Assembly (NCBI GenBank): GCA_035563275.1
Contig: DATMVI010000520.1
Span: 1-35,631 of the forward strand
Source of the DNA: Pyrinomonadaceae bacterium
GTDB lineage: Bacteria > Acidobacteriota > Blastocatellia > Pyrinomonadales > Pyrinomonadaceae
Length of the DNA: 35,631 nt
Direction: 5' to 3'
The notes below the pieces were generated by a model that had not been told where the DNA came from, made no database searches, and saw only the letters and a program-made list of their open reading frames with translations. Below, in pieces: positions 34,601 to 35,631 of this stretch (position 1 is its first letter; the number at the start of each line of letters is the position of its first letter). Made by a program: the position numbers and the translations under genes.

Positions 34601-34735
34601 TACGTGCTGCCGACCGCTTATATCTTTTTCGATAAATTCCCTCTGACGAATGAAGGCGGGATAGACCGCGAGGCTCTGCTCCGGCTTCAGGCCGTCGAGG
34701 TGTCCGCAGCCCCGAGTTGGCTCGAATGGGCCTGA
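31616..34735 (+). CDS. NRPS-like condensation-adenylation didomain protein with degenerate A-domain core motifs and no carrier (T/PCP) domain
   Basis: 1039 aa. C-domain motifs: RRHDILNSTF (C2), VMQHLAFDGKS (C3, HHxxxDG with first His replaced by Gln), YQDFARW (C4), HQDLPYP (C6). A-domain motifs: LTYRELNERS (A1). A3 is SYRPDARGRVRA instead of YTSGSTGxPKG. A5 is SLYRAGE instead of NxYGPTE. A7 is ATGD. A8 is GRKSEFVRRRGFVFHLGRVE. A10 is NEGGIDR instead of NGKxDR. The protein ends ~25 aa after A10. Confidence 0.8.
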   Translation: MSNAIFEDRGFPDTRREELSARRARLSEAKLRILAGRLEGKLSPREDAAPADPPGRESADEPSLLQEFALWHDRWAREQSVPVKRRQYYRLLQVTGPLDVGCLERSFQEVHRRHDILNSTFPFADGKFVRAARPGKTFALPSLDLCHLPEGEREAAARSLCLAEILKDYDPAGDDLLRALLLKIDDKRHLLLFVMQHLAFDGKSQDLLIHEISQNYMALATKSPSPLPPLRAGYQDFARWQRARAERGRGSQRLLSYWKGQFGGESVPDAAALELPFTLPQTRPASYRTGVEALRVSGSLYASLTELARRADVTMFVLLLAVINTLLYRYTGRGSIYVCTSASGRGREEFADLIGKFSSCLWFRTQLAGGLSFLELLRRTRESTLSAFDHQDLPYPALLESLRPASARPPQISTAPMVWFNFTPRAKAEARPEPSSGGPPVRFRRVSIDGADLEQSLGLSISATEKANGLGVNIRYERDLYDPRDMARMAEHFHALLETVSERPHQRLSEMRLLTAAEERLLSEWNRAESHAAAESRCLHELFESQAERTPEAPALISGTGQLTYRELNERSSRLARRLRQRGVGPERVVGLRLGSSADVAVAALAVWKAGGACALFEAVPSGQWLAAAFESGELALLLDGEGLTDESDSRPGRALPPGGEHGSVSPESADHAAQTAAPWNRAVVSYRPDARGRVRAAAVTHEAVWSRLRGLQKRILLNGADRFLLQPATDHEALVSNLLWPLSRGAGFVFDDDEHALARHAVTVWRTTPPLLEDWLSGRGRGDGAALRRVICSVERLSPALKARALALPGVEFSSLYRAGEGVGEVAVYSPTREQAESTASIGRPLVDFKLHLLDAQLRPVPVGLPGELHVGGLAVSQTRTDSARAAAQKFIPDPFGERPGARLLATGDVARYLPDGSLELLGRKSEFVRRRGFVFHLGRVEKALESHPLVRRAVVLFKDDPRGPEQLVACLTCVGEGVTAAELDDSLRRRQPGYVLPTAYIFFDKFPLTNEGGIDREALLRLQAVEVSAAPSWLEWA

Positions 34736-34796
34736 AACTTCCCACTTTTAATCCTGCCCCGCTTCACAGCGGCCGTTTCTTTGAAAGGGCCAAAAC

Positions 34797-35216
34797 ATGT
34801 CCAGCCAAATCATCGTCGTCAATCATCTCTTCACGCAGGCCACCTCCCCCGAACCCCACGAGGCGGACGTTCGCGGGCTTCTGTTAGGGGAACACTTTTC
34901 CACGCACCCCAACCAAGCCATCTTCTGGTCGGGCGGGGCCGAAGCCGAACAGGAGGCGGCGGCCATCGCGCGTCAGGAGGGGAAAGTAACTTTCGGCATG
35001 ACCGTCGGGGGCCGCTCGATCACCTCGCTGGTTCATAGTCTGACCCCGGAGCAGGCGGCCCACGTCTACAGGTTCGGCTCCACCCATTTCGCCGCCGCGG
35101 CGGCGGGCGAGGTGGAGGTGGTCGTCAGAAAATACAACGCCGCCAGCCTCTTCGTCAGAACCGAACTCCCGATGCTGCTGAAAAATTTGGGGGTCAAACG
35201 CATCACCTTCCGTTGA
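34797..35216 (+). CDS. small ADP-ribosyl cyclase/CD38-like (NAD glycohydrolase fold) protein, tentative
   Basis: 139 aa. NQAIFWSGG parallels Aplysia cyclase NKVMFWSGV. VTFGMTVGGRSITSL parallels ITLEDTLPGYMLNSL. AAAGEVEVVV parallels SAEGEVTYMV. SLFVRTELPMLL parallels SFFGKYELPNL, which holds the catalytic Glu. The comparison is from remembered sequences only. Confidence 0.35.
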   Translation: MSSQIIVVNHLFTQATSPEPHEADVRGLLLGEHFSTHPNQAIFWSGGAEAEQEAAAIARQEGKVTFGMTVGGRSITSLVHSLTPEQAAHVYRFGSTHFAAAAAGEVEVVVRKYNAASLFVRTELPMLLKNLGVKRITFR

Positions 35217-35287
35217 CTCAATCAGCCGCGAAACTCCCCGTCGCCGTCGCCCGACTCCGGCCCGCCCACGAACCCCGCCAGTCTACG

Positions 35288-35312
35288 CCGGCCTCTTCAG
35301 TGAAGAGGCCGG
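35288..35312. terminator. 11-bp-stem GC hairpin downstream of the 139-aa gene
   Basis: ccggcctcttc agt gaagaggccgg. It lies 72 nt after the stop at 35216. No U-tract. Confidence 0.4.
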
Positions 35313-35490
35313 ACGCGGGCCGACATTCTGCTGCGCGGAAATGTACGCGGGTGTTATAGTGCTCCGGCACAGCTCGCCTTTAGTTCTCAGGACAGAATCC
35401 GCGTCTCTGCCTCGGCGGTCTTCTTCCCGTGACGCCGTGCGGAGGGGGAGGGACGGGGTTGCGCCACGGTCAACCTCGCAGGAAGGAATA

Positions 35491-35631
35491 ATGAAGATCT
35501 TACTGTACAACCCGGACAACGGGGTGACGCGCAACTTCATGCCGCACCTCTGGATGTTCCTGCTCCAAGCCCTCACCCCGCCCGGCCACGAGGTCATCCT
35601 CGTCGACGGCAACGCCCGCGCCATGGACGAG
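35491..35631 (+). CDS. B12-binding-domain radical SAM protein, N-terminal fragment (continues beyond window)
   Basis: Not in the track because it is open-ended. The ATG at 35491 is preceded by ggaagga. MKILLYNPDNGVTRNFMPHLWMFLLQALTPPGHEVILVDGNARAMDE is the typical N-terminus of class B (cobalamin-domain) rSAM enzymes. Confidence 0.55.
   Translation, partial: MKILLYNPDNGVTRNFMPHLWMFLLQALTPPGHEVILVDGNARAMDE

Noticed and set aside
35283-35624. 113-aa minus-strand ORF
   Set aside because: It overlaps the hairpin at 35288-35312 and the well-supported N-terminus of the plus-strand B12-rSAM gene (RBS plus typical MKILLYNP... start). Its product has no recognisable features.

Overview
This is a 35.6 kb window of very GC-rich bacterial DNA. 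The gene content (CarboxypepD_reg-type TonB receptor, CadC-like multidomain regulator, class I LysRS) hints at an Acidobacteriota-like genome, but that is only a guess. I saw no rRNA, tRNA or CRISPR array. Many long ORFs in the track are antisense or out-of-frame GC artefacts, and several real genes start at internal ATGs.

Gene blocks, left to right:
1. A phosphonate ABC uptake operon on the minus strand (small secreted protein, phnD, phnC).
2. A glycan or natural-product-like block: a GT2 gene on the plus strand, then a long minus-strand gene string. That string runs GFP-like beta-barrel protein, radical SAM/SPASM, GT4, radical SAM/SPASM, HD-like protein, free-standing thioesterase, DUF5672-like protein. 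A GDP-mannose 3,5-epimerase gene diverges from it.
3. Housekeeping genes: M3 peptidase, ileS and class I lysS.
4. A tyrosine integrase followed by likely accessory DNA: secreted protein plus TonB-type receptor, wHTH/hydrolase/pseudo-cyclase regulator, methyltransferase and hydrolase.
5. A plasmid- or phage-like maintenance module: Xis-like HTH, ParA, an initiator-like gene carrying CTAG-rich 9-bp-phased iterons plus an AT-rich tract, and a ParB-like gene.
6. An unusual locus: a 65-aa ORF, a C-A didomain protein with a decayed adenylation domain and no carrier domain, a 139-aa ADP-ribosyl-cyclase-like protein, and a B12-type radical SAM gene cut by the window end.

The most interesting candidates are:
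- the bacterial GFP-like protein and its radical-SAM operon;
- the carrier-less pseudo-NRPS / ARC-like / rSAM locus next to the replicon module;
- the ori-inside-gene iteron array;
- a ~140-155 nt dispersed structured repeat present in two divergent promoter regions.
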